Source: Nageia nagi
Taxonomy: Eukaryota > Plantae > Pinophyta
Assembly (NCBI GenBank): GCA_050084985.1
Contig: JBITNC010000002.1
Location: forward strand, 36,642,001 to 36,706,000
Direction: 5' to 3'
DNA length: 64,000 nucleotides
Both the position numbers and the translations under genes were made by a program. Below are positions 53,229 to 64,000 of the stretch, in pieces (position 1 is the first letter of the stretch; each line of letters starts with the position of its first letter). The notes beneath the pieces are model-generated. The model had not been told where the DNA came from. It searched no databases and worked only from the letters and a program-made list of their open reading frames with translations.

Positions 53229-53726
53229 CTAAAATACATAGACATTAAAAAATAAAATAAAGATTCATTTTCAATGTTCTGTTTCAGGCTTTCAGCTGTT
53301 AGTGTAGCCCAATTTAAACATGTAGAAATAACTTAAACAGGCATTGCCATGTAGCACTCACAATGCCTTGAAGTACAAGTTCATCTACTGAAATTTCATT
53401 TACCAATTATATCCTAACAATTTATTTTGATTGCAGCCAGCTAGAACCTAAAGATTGAGGAAAGTCATCCACGTCATGATTAACTTCACGTAAGGTACTA
53501 AAAGGAAAAGATAGTCTCAATCAACTGAAAATAGAGTAGCAGAAAACTTCTCTAGAATAAACAGACTTAACAAGAATTTAAGGCTTCAGCTTCATGCAAC
53601 ACAAAGGAAAATGCACTGCCAATATATAAAGGAAAAACATAGAGATATCACCAAAATCCAAATTAAGAAGCTAGAAGAGAAATTTTAGAAAGACAAGAAG
53701 CTGACCATGTAGAGAAAAAGGAAAAA

Positions 53727-54871
53727 TGTAATGACCCACTTATATAAAATAGAGATTATTCTATACAAAAATCAGATTTACACCACTAAATACCTTAAAT
53801 CTCAGATCTGAATATAAATATCAGTTTAGGGCATCATAAACATCTCAGAAAAATTATCTATTGGCATCAAAATTCATGAAAATCAATCACCAATGAGATC
53901 CAAGCAACAAATGAAGGAAATATGGCCTCTAGGGCATCAACGTTGCATTATAAATGGTGAATACAAGTAACAAATATAATCAGTAAGAACCAGACCACTT
54001 CACAAGTCTGACGCCCCTCTCACAAGGGCAGATTCAAACAAGAAACTCCACCAAACTGATAATCAAGGCAGGGCAGACCTCAATCCAATGCAAATATGTC
54101 ACCAACAAGCATTATACAAGTCTGATCTGGGCTGATCCCAGACAATACAATCAGATCTAGACAGATCTGGGCAGATCAAGTTTCCAAACTGCTGAATATC
54201 CTTCCTGGAATGCAACATCTCATGCTGGTAGTGTGAAACTGATGAAAATGGCCTGAAAAATATACAATATTGATCTTGAGACTGCAACGTCCCACTCAAG
54301 AACAGAAAATGGTAAATGATAACTCAAAACAAGTCAAAGAACCCTCCAATTTGATTAGAATAATCTCCAAATTGTCCAGAAGTGATAGGGTATGCCTCAA
54401 CAATAAAAAAAAACCCTCTCCTCAGGCAGATCTGTGATGAAAAGCAATCAAAAACTTCAGGGTTTTTGTTCCAAAGCTCCTCAAACAATGAGGATTTTCA
54501 TCCCCAAGGTCTATCCTCAAGTAGATTTTCATCCACTAAAGAGGTTTTTGGAGAAACTCCAAGAAATAACTAAAACTCAATATTCAGGAATGCCCAAATA
54601 AGTTCCTCTTCTCTCCTTTTATACACATCCTTCCAATTTATCGTTGAGGTGGCATTTTATTTTATTAAATAATACTTTAGGAAATAATAATGACATGATA
54701 TTATATTACCCTAATGGAACATACACTCTTATTCTCCATTTTATTATTTATTTTTATTTTTTATTGCTTTTAACCAATTAAGACTACACTTAACCCAAAA
54801 ATCACCAAATTCACACCACACACCACTCCACACTATGTACAGATAAATATATGAAAAATGGGGACATTACA
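53727..54871. mobile_element. Solo LTR (1145 bp)
   Basis: TGTAATGACCC...GGGACATTACA; TSD AAAAA/AATAA. Confidence 0.8.
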
Positions 54872-55299
54872 AATAAGCTTGAGAAGGAATATAGATGAAG
54901 CAATACAAAGTCATTTAATCTCAGTGATACCATGGAATCAGCATCTATAAAGGAAATACAGTTAAAACACCTGTCCACCGCCATCAACCCTTGCAGATTA
55001 GTTAAGAATTGTGAGGAAACCAACAATGTGATATATGATAGACAAGAATTAAACTATTCGCTGAAATGCTGGAAGGAAACACAACCACATGGTTTCATGG
55101 ACAAAATACACACAAGCAAACCAATTGATAGTAATATACAAAAGTTTTATTGTTGTCCATGAGCGACCAAAGAAGGCAAATGGGATGCCCCAAAAACAAT
55201 CTGTTATAATGTTTTATCACAATCATAGAAAGGGGTGACTTCAAAAACAAAAGTACACCAAATCAAACTAGAGTAAACTAAGATGAAGTGAAAAGTAAA

Positions 55300-56830
55300 G
55301 ATATTTTATAACACAAGATCTGAGCGGGTGGGGAGTGAGTCCAAGGCGTAAGGTTCAGCCCCCAAAAACTCCCTCACCATCCATGAAGCCAAGAAACAAA
55401 TAAAGTCTTTCTGCACCTCTTGGACAAGTGAGGAGTGGTTGAATATCCGATTTCAAAGAGTAATAGGCTAATAGCCCATCTTGCTGCATATGAACAGAGA
55501 GGGGCACAGAAGCACTAGTAGCCACTCTCATCAATTGATAAGGTCACATAGATCCGTTATTATTGTTCTTAAAAATTGTGGTCTGTGATGAGCATTTTTC
55601 AGTTCTGATTGCAGGTATCTGGTGAAATAATGAATTAATCAAGTGGTTGTTGATCTCTCCTATAGCGCACAACATCTAAGAGTGATAGCTCCCAAAAGGA
55701 ATAGAGCCAAGCATTTCTCATCAATACAGCAGATGTGGTGAGGATCTGTCCGAATATCTATCCAAGTAATAATATCCAGTGAATATCATAACAGATAGGA
55801 TATCAGAAGATGAGCGTTCTTTGGATTACACCTCCTTAAGAGAGCGAAAGCAACTTACACTATCCTCTCTAGGAATGCGGTTGTTTGTCTCCACCAGAAC
55901 TGATAAGATCAAATTCTGAGCCAACCGAGGAGAATCCTAAGGTTGTGGGTCTACTGTTGCTAGAGATAATCTAGAGAGGTCAAAGTGCAAACATCCAAAT
56001 GACTGGAATATGTTGTCAATACATGTCATCTTCAACTATTTGGTTAACCACCTTAGTACTAGCAAGAAGGCATAGAGAAGCGTTCAAAAGAGTAGTTGTA
56101 TGGAGGCAGTTGATCTATGAAGAATGATAGAAGAAGTGATCTAGTCTCCAAGTGCTAACCCCACTGTTGTTTACAAATGCTTCAGGAGGCAATCAATTCT
56201 GAACAGCAAAAAGCTAAGCACAAGTATCTCTGCTGGGAAGATCCATGATTATCCATGGATCTAAGCTGATGGAGAGTAAAAATGACAATGAAGATGCTCT
56301 CAAGAAAATAGGATGGGCACCAAACTCAGCCTGGATATTACATTTCCGAACTGTTCTCTTACATATGATCATCTATTGCAACAAAATAATATGGATGCCC
56401 TCAATACAATCTTAAGCAGCACACACTGTAAACTTGGTCTCTAAATTTGGTGTCTGTCAGACCCATAAAGGACTGTGGGTTTGATAATGCAGTAGAAGAG
56501 GTGCATCTTTGTAGGTATATCCTAAAAATGTACCTGAAAATATTGGTGTTCCAGAATCAAGAGAGGAATATCCCTTGCGCATTAGAATCAAGAAAGGCAT
56601 ATCCCTTCAATGCACAACTATGAAGTTGGTTTGAGATTAAAGTAAGGGCCATTAAACCAAACTGCCAAGTAGGTGTAAGCCATGGTTGACTTTCTCTTAT
56701 AGAAGAATTGAGACCTCAAAAGGGCACTTTTTGAGACATTTCAGAATATCATCTTACTTTCTAAGAATGACTGTCAATTAAATTAAACAGTAGATGGCAT
56801 CAAGCACATCCAAAAGTCTTTGCAAACCCT
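55300..56830 (-). mobile_element. Possible very old LINE 3' remnant
   Basis: Weak RNase H-like trace (LLGWLRI near 55920). Boundaries unclear. Confidence 0.3.
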
Positions 56831-56832
56831 TA

Positions 56833-59800
56833 TGAGTTGTGCAAAGGGATACTTGATTCTGAGCAGTGCAAAAGATAATACCAGGGAGCAATACATGGAG
56901 ATTACCCGCTGAAATCCCTGAAATGATTCAGAGCATTCGATCACCCGTTTTGGAGCCAAAAATCCAAGAATTAAGCGATATCACAGAATACATGATTTGT
57001 AGGTCATGAAAGGGCCTATGGAAATGGGGTTATTTTTCAAAGTCTACCAAAGTGGAAATTTGAAGATGCCAAGCTGTGAAGGACAAAAAATCAAGCACAT
57101 TCAGACTTGGAACTTTTCAGAAACAGTCGAAATTGCAAAATCTACATGGGGGATTTTTAGAGCTTTGATGATATCAAAGCGCTACAAAATTTGCACCCAA
57201 GGGAGATTTCATCAAGTTCGAAGTTTGCCAGAGCTGGATTCAGAGGAAACGAATCAATGAGGGACCCCGTTTCATGCAAGTTTAGGCTTGGAAGTTTTAG
57301 AATTCGACCAAGTTTTCTTCCCTTCCCACCTAGGCACAGTTTTTTGAGGGCTTGACATCATCAAAGGCTAAAAAAAGCATGCATTTTGGGTCAAAATTTG
57401 ACCAAATTTTCGAATGCACCAAGGGTTAAGGATCAAATTCTAAGCATGTTTGGTCTTGGAAGTGTGCAATTTGGATCAAAATTGCTCCAGGGAGAGATAG
57501 TCACACATTTTTGGGCTTTGATGGCTTCAAACATGAAAAAATGATGCCTAAGGTGAAATGACATGGAATTGGTCAAATTTTGGGAACATTTTTGAAGACT
57601 CCAAGTCATAAAGGACCCAAAATTGGACACATTGGCACTTGAAATTTTTCAAAAAGAGTCAAAATTGCAACATCTATAGGGAGGCGCACATTTTCAAGGT
57701 TTGTCATCATCAAAGGTTGAAAAATGGCCCTAGAGCAAATTTGGGCATTTTTTTACCTTTTCAAAATCGAAATTTGAAGAAATGGCAAGGTGAAGGACCA
57801 AAATCTAAGCAAGTTTAACCTTGGAGGATCTCAAATTGCACCAAAATCACTCCTCTCAAACCTAGGTGCATATTCCCAAGCTTTGACATCATCAAAAGAA
57901 AAAAATGGTGCCTAGCATGAGAATAGGTGTTTTTTGACAAAAAAATTGAAAAATAATTTAAGACTTGATGAGGTGAAGGATAAAGAATTACACAAGTTTG
58001 CCTTTGAAACTTTCCAAAATGGGCAAAAATTGTTCATTCATACCCTAGATGCATATTTTCAAGGTTTTTCTTTATCAAAAAGATAAAACATGCGCTTAGT
58101 CTCCATGCACATGAAAATTTCTCAAATTTTTACTTGGGCAACTCAAAAATTGGGCACATAGGTATCGTAGAGGGTACCAAATTAGACAAATTTAGACTTG
58201 GAAGCTTTGGAATTGCACTAAAATTGAGGCATCCCTACCTAGGTGTTGATTTGGAAACTTTGAAGGCATCAAAGGAAGAAAACTAGCACCTACCTCAAAG
58301 GCACACCAACATGATAAATTTTGATCTTGTGAAAATTGAATTTTGACCACATGGGCTCATGAAGGAAGGAATTCTAAGCAACTTTAGGCTTTGAAATTGT
58401 TGATTTTGACCCAAAATGAGCACTCTTAAGGCTAGGTGCTGATTTTTCAAGTTTGATATCATCAAACCCCAAAATCTTGCACCTAAGGATGAATTGGGTC
58501 AAATTTTGAAGTTGCCAAATCAGATTTTTGAGTATGCACAAGGGTGAAGGGTCCAAATCCAAATAACATTAAGCTTGGAAGATTGAAATTTGACAAAATT
58601 TTGCTCTCCCCAAGCTAGGTGTTAATTTTCAAGCTTTGATGGCATCAAGGCCAAAAACATGTGCCTAGCATGAGAATGGTTATTTTTGAACAAAATTTTG
58701 AGAAAACTTTTTAAGACATGGTCATGTGTGGGATGAATACCCAAATGCGTTCCCTATGAAATTTTAAAAAAAGTGAAAAAATGAAGATTTTGTGACTAGG
58801 CGGCCATTTTGGAGAAAATTTGTTTGGAAAAGCTCAAACCACTTCCACTCACCAGTGTGAATGGGGATATTTCACCAAAAATCTAAAAATCAATATCAAA
58901 AACTTGGGTATTTTCAAGCACCTTTAAACAAGCATCTTGAACCTTGGAAGAATTGTCAAAGAAGCTAACGTCCGCATTTGCAAGTGAGGTCATTGCCATT
59001 CTTCTCCAAAATACAAGCAAACGAACTCCAAAATTGCCAAAAGAACTCCCATATTTGTGCAAACGATCCGAATTCTAGTGTATATAGCCTAAATCATTGA
59101 TAGGATGAATATGTTGCTCTTACAACTCAAATAATTTTATTTAGTTTTGAACTCAAAAAAATATATTTTTTAGTTTTTTTTGGAAAATCCAAAAAAAAAT
59201 CTATAAATAGACCATAGGAGGTCTCATTTTGGACAAAATGTTTTTAGAGCAAAATTTGTGGAAAAATAGCAAATTGATGTATCCTTGTAATTTTTTGCAC
59301 AAAATAATACAAAGTGGTGAACTACTTGAAACAAAGTGATTTTTCATTTGTGGGATTGTGGATACGACCTTTCTGAGCTTTCTAGAGTGATTTAAGTTCC
59401 TTTGTGCCTTTTCTTTGAAAATTTTCGAATTTTCGGAGAACTTTTTGAAAAAATTTATAAGTTTCTGAATCATTCTAAAAATCATTGTCAATACATAATT
59501 TGCACGTTTAAGTGAACATATTCCGAGATTTTCTTTCATTCTATGCTATCTAGTTAAATTTTCATTCAAAACAAAGTTTGTGTGCGCTTGTTGTGTCGCA
59601 TCTTTCTTTTGATTGATTATCGGTCATACTTAGGTGTCCCTTGCTCCTCTTGAGAATAAATTGGACTTCGGTCATTTTATTTTCAAGTTAGAAGACTTTG
59701 AATGAGACTTCTTGACTGATTCGGAAGTAAGAAATCTTAACACTGCTTCACTGTGACCTTTTCTTTGTCATCTCACCAAATATTGAATCATTCTCGTCCT

Positions 59801-60089
59801 TTACTTTTTTATTTTTCATTTTCTTCAAAATCCAAAACAGCTTTCAAACATTGCTTGTAAACACCTCAATCCCTATAAAAAACATGAGTTAATAGTTTTT
59901 ACCTCTATTACACCACTCAGATGATTCCCAAAGCAAGGCTTACACAATTCAAATGCGCCTTAGCAATGCAAACTTTCTCAATCCTTACAAGAGGAGATAA
60001 GTTACGCTATCTCACCTAATGATGGGTTGCTTTCCCATTTAGTCACCTTGCGGTGATTCTTTGTTAGAAGAAAGATTTCCTTCCCAACA
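56833..60089 (+). mobile_element. Large solo-LTR-like element with degenerate internal tandem units
   Basis: Similar along its length to 44580-46500 plus 48705-49588; ends ...TTCCCAACA. Left end approximate. Confidence 0.7.
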
Positions 60090-62525
60090 AAAAATACCTA
60101 ACAAAATTAGAAAAATTAACAACTTACAAGCACCAAAACATGGGCCTTAAGTCAGCATATATTGAAATCCATATCATATTGCCCAAGGGCAAACAAGCAT
60201 GACAATGCAACAGGTAAGGCAATATCATGCACAAAATTGCAGCATGGAAAAAAAAATTAGGTAGAGAAGCTACCACAACCTTTGTCAACATACGAATGAG
60301 ACCACTGCCATGTTTATCCCATGAGAATCAACGTTAGATCAAAACAGAGTGATTGCAACGGACTTTCTAGCATCCCAATTTACAGGCAGCAATTGAGAAT
60401 CAGCATGGAAATGTAGCCAGCTTACAAGCAAAACTAAACTAACAAAATATGCTTGATGAAAACAAGTGATGACACAAGAACAGATAAGATAAAAAAAAAA
60501 CGAATTGGCATGATAATAAATTAGAAAGGATCAGTTGCACAAGAAATGATAGTCGTAAAATATATTAGTAGAATAAAAAAGAACGATTCAAATTTGAAAT
60601 TTTTTCAGGCAAGACATTAGAAAATCATAACACACTTGAGAATATGATAATACAGTTAGCCAACTTAGGCTGTACCCAAGACCCACAAATTTTAAACATA
60701 AGAAACATTAAGGATATATCATGCAAGTAACACATTGGCATCCAGGCTATGGGAAAACAATGTTATGAATTTGTTGTAACAATAATCCAAGATGCCAAGT
60801 TCAAAATGAATATCTTATTGGAGGTCAGCATAAAGCCTGAACAACGTTCTTTTTATGGATAAGATGCCTTGCAATAACAAGAAGATGGGTGTCACACAAG
60901 CACATACATGTCTAGCTGATACCATCTTCCAAGGATTGAATGAAATCCCACATCAGAGTTCTTAGCCAACAGACATCTGAACAGAACATCCCAAAAGGAG
61001 TAAATGACAGAAGCATGCCACCATATCCATGTTAAGGCATGGCACAAGACATAGTTACACAGTATCGAAAGTTCAGTCTAAACAAACAGGGAAACGTTCA
61101 AAGGTTTCAAGATTTTGAAAAAGTGCAGTTGCAATTTGTTATATATATGTATAATAATAGAAAATATAAATAAATATCAATGTCAAAAGATTCTTTTTAT
61201 TCTTTATTTAAGTCAATCTGATTCAGAATAATTATAAATAGTTTTTTTTTAATTTATTTATTTAAAGCTGATCATAATCATTATCTGAATCTTAAATCAT
61301 AACAAAACAGAGAGTATGATATTATAATTTGTTTTAAATCTACGATATAATAAAAGTTTTATGAGGGAACAGGACAGTGCTGAGGTATTTTACAATAAAA
61401 AGCGGCCACATTAGAAAGACAACTATTTATATTTAATACAGATTTTCAATATTGACGTGCTTTCCATTTTTCCTTTCTTTCACCAAGTTATAGATACGAT
61501 TATAAATTTATACCTCTACAAAATATAAACTAAAAAAGAAAAAATCAGAAAGCATGTTCACTCAGAATCAAAAGTTCAGTTCAAACTGAAACCTAACCAG
61601 TTTCATCCAATCTTAATAATTATGGTACAACATATGCTTGAGAAAAATATAGCAACCCAAAACACGATAGCATAAATAGAAAAACTAGATGTAAGAATAA
61701 TCATTGTTCAGTTGATGAATTGGTACAAGTATCATCGTCTCCAATCACCCAAAATACAAGATTTGATGATGCTCATGGGATAGTAACCCTAGAAAGGCAA
61801 TATTTGAAGGCCTGGACCACATTATCTTGAAAATCACCTATCATCAAACGACTGTCAACCTGTAGAACATGACAGGAATCTGATGATGTGTGTCTGTCAA
61901 GATTATATGGCTCATGAACAAGGAGGGGAAGACTAAAGTTGGCCCATGACACCAGAGAGCAACCAATCTCAGCAGCCCCGTGCAAGAGTGAGAAGTCAGA
62001 AACCTTTATAACAGCTCATTATGGATGACATGGTCTCACTAGCCAGTCCTCACTAGCAAAAATGTCAAATTTGAGAAAATCAAGAAAACATATTTTCAAT
62101 CCATAGAAGTGAATGTTGTAGTTGTAAAAAATGCATAACGTGTTTTACATAGAGAGATATGGCTATTAAAGCGTACAAAATATTCACTGAAGCCGAATAA
62201 TGTTGCAGACTATGAAGAAATATGGCAGGATACACATGATGAAATGTTGGCTACCGATGAAAAAGAAATTGTTGATCTACAGGCAGTTTTTGGAACTGTT
62301 TTCACAATACATTTAAATGTTTGCAAAGAGATATGTTCTGCTTGTGAAGTATGGTGTCTTAATAATAAGAAACCTATGTAGTTTAGAAGGAACAATCTTA
62401 ATGTGCCATAGTTTATAGTCAAGTTCACATCAGGGAGTCTTGTTTAGTCCTAACTTTGCTTATCAATAGGCATTTATAATTATCAATAACAAAACATAGA
62501 AGTTATGCAGGCAGAGAAAAACAAC

Positions 62526-62714
62526 CTTGGAAACAATGGTTCCACCATCGTCCTTAACTTGCTTATACTTGGGAGTATTTGGGAAGGCACAAATGAGAAG
62601 AGTACAATGAGCATTCCAATCAGGTTCATATTCTGCACCCATCTCTAGTGCTTGTGATCGTAAGTTCCCTCGTTCAGGATTCACCAAACCAGATATGGCA
62701 AAGACCACTCCATC
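62526..62714 (-). CDS. XRCC1: XRCC1 exon, BRCT domain (first part)
   Basis: DGVVFAISGLVNPERGNLRSQALEMGAEYEPDWNAHCTLLICAFPNTPKYKQVKDDGGTIVSK is the classic XRCC1 BRCT1 sequence. AG/GT boundaries, 189 nt, phase 0 at both ends. Confidence 0.95.
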
Positions 62715-62890
62715 CTGTCATGATGATTGCATTTATTCCAAACCTTCAGAACTAGTCAAGACAAAAAGGAAGGAAAGCCATATAAATGTGCAAAAGTGAA
62801 CCAAATGACATGGTGGAACAGTGAGGATGCAAAATTTAGAATATGCTCGTCACTAATCAAAAGACTCAAGCTTTCTCAATGCTACCTTAC

Positions 62891-63536
62891 CAAAAGAGTT
62901 CCAAATGATCCGATATTTGGTTTGCTTTTACTTGTTCCTTCACCCTCTGCACTAGAACTAGACAAATTGAATGTATTAGAAGGACTAGCAACAGCCACAT
63001 TGCTTGCAGGGTCTTTCCCATTGATTGCTGTCTTTCGCTTTTTCTGTTGTACCATGGACTTGGGAGAACTCAATGAATTCATTTTGCTATCATCACTCGA
63101 CAAAATACCACCTTTAGAATCAATATTTACAGCCTTCCCAGTATGTTCACTTGTAGCAACTTTTCCATTGTCTTCTGAACCTTCTGATATTTGTTTTTGC
63201 TGCTTCTCTTCACTTGGACCCTTGTCACCAACAGTATTCTTTGGAGAATAATCTGCAGAATTACATGTCTTCACATCCCAAGCGGGAAGCTTTCGCTTTT
63301 TGATATCACCTTTGCTATCTTTATCATTCATTAACAGGGTCTTTGCATTGCATTTAGTTGACTTATCAGTAGAGCATGCTTTTTTTTCCTCTTCCGGCAT
63401 GAAAGTTTTAATACTAGATTCTGAAGTTCTGGCCTCGGTGTTGCATGAGATCACATTAATTCTTGAAAGCCCAATGCAGGCTCTATGTTCTGAGGTACCA
63501 AATGGCTGACGGCATACAATCCGTAGTTGTTTCCAC
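62891..63536 (-). CDS. XRCC1: XRCC1 coding exon (most 5' exon seen in window): end of XRCC1 N-terminal domain, Ku-binding-like motif, low-complexity linker
   Basis: Acceptor AG at 63538-63537 and donor GTAAGG from 62890. Encodes WKQLRIVCRQPF...IGLSRINV (cf. human XRCC1 NTD WDRVKIVCSQPY...FGLSFVRF), KKRKLPAW, and FGTLL just before the BRCT domain. Starts mid-codon, so upstream exons lie outside the window. Confidence 0.85.
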
Positions 63537-64000
63537 CTGATAATTGTAAATGAACTGCAATTCTTTAGAAAATATCTCACTGATGCCTAGGAGATACATC
63601 TGGTCTCAAATTCTCAATAGAGACCACCTTTAACCTTTTTGAATTCAGATTTGATATCATAGTCAAAGCTTTTACACAAATTTATAAAACAGTATGAAAC
63701 TGTCCATGAGAACTCATTTAACCTTAAATATGAGTATATAAGAAGTCTTCAAAAGAAGAAATCTGTACTAAATCTTCTGTATGTATAATAATTATCAATA
63801 AAAATGAAATAGCTTAAGGATACTAGTGAGAGCAGTGATATGTCTCATAAGTGAACTTTACACTGGCCAGGACTAAAAGATAAGGACATGGCCAATTCCA
63901 TCCTAAGATTGCTGAATGTGATATAAGCAAATAATCTCTAGCAATGAAAACTGGAATCATTGTGTGAACTATCAATGTGGAACATATTTTCCGTATTCTA

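Larger units (their letters stand above)
53229..62525 (-). other. 9.3-kb GT-AG intron splitting the BRCT domain
   Basis: The ...TIVSK | DWITEC... junction restores a continuous BRCT domain. Confidence 0.88.

Noticed and set aside
61750-62050. Intronic GC-richer patch as a snoRNA or extra exon
   Set aside because: TGATGA is present but there is no convincing D box or terminal stem, and the BRCT exons join without it.
62727-63509. Plus-strand ORFs (174 aa and 69 aa)
   Set aside because: Antisense shadows of the XRCC1 exon.

Overview
AT-rich, CpG-depleted plant nuclear DNA, most likely a conifer or other gymnosperm (inferred from the giant TE-filled introns and the element types). One host gene spans almost the whole window on the minus strand: XRCC1. 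Seven coding exons run from 63536 down to about 8967, the 5' exons lie beyond the window, and two introns are 41.7 kb and 9.3 kb long. This XRCC1 appears to keep the animal-type N-terminal (Pol beta-binding) domain that angiosperm XRCC1 lacks, has an APLF-like Ku-binding motif, and has a 1-nt frameshift in its last exon. The introns hold an intact, very young chromodomain Ty3/gypsy element (13541-20497, apparently identical LTRs), a gag-protease-only gypsy derivative, a Copia remnant, many solo LTRs (several nested, with target-site duplications, TSDs) and three hAT-type MITEs. The most striking observation concerns two diverged L1-clade LINEs (about 4471-8242 and 31407-37473). Each carries an extra sense-strand ORF between ORF2 and the poly(A) tail, and the two extra ORFs are homologous. 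In one copy the ORF lies inside TSD-delimited element boundaries. The protein resembles LTR-retrotransposon accessory ORFs, which suggests a lineage of LINEs with a third, 3' gene. All homology calls were made by eye; no searches were run.
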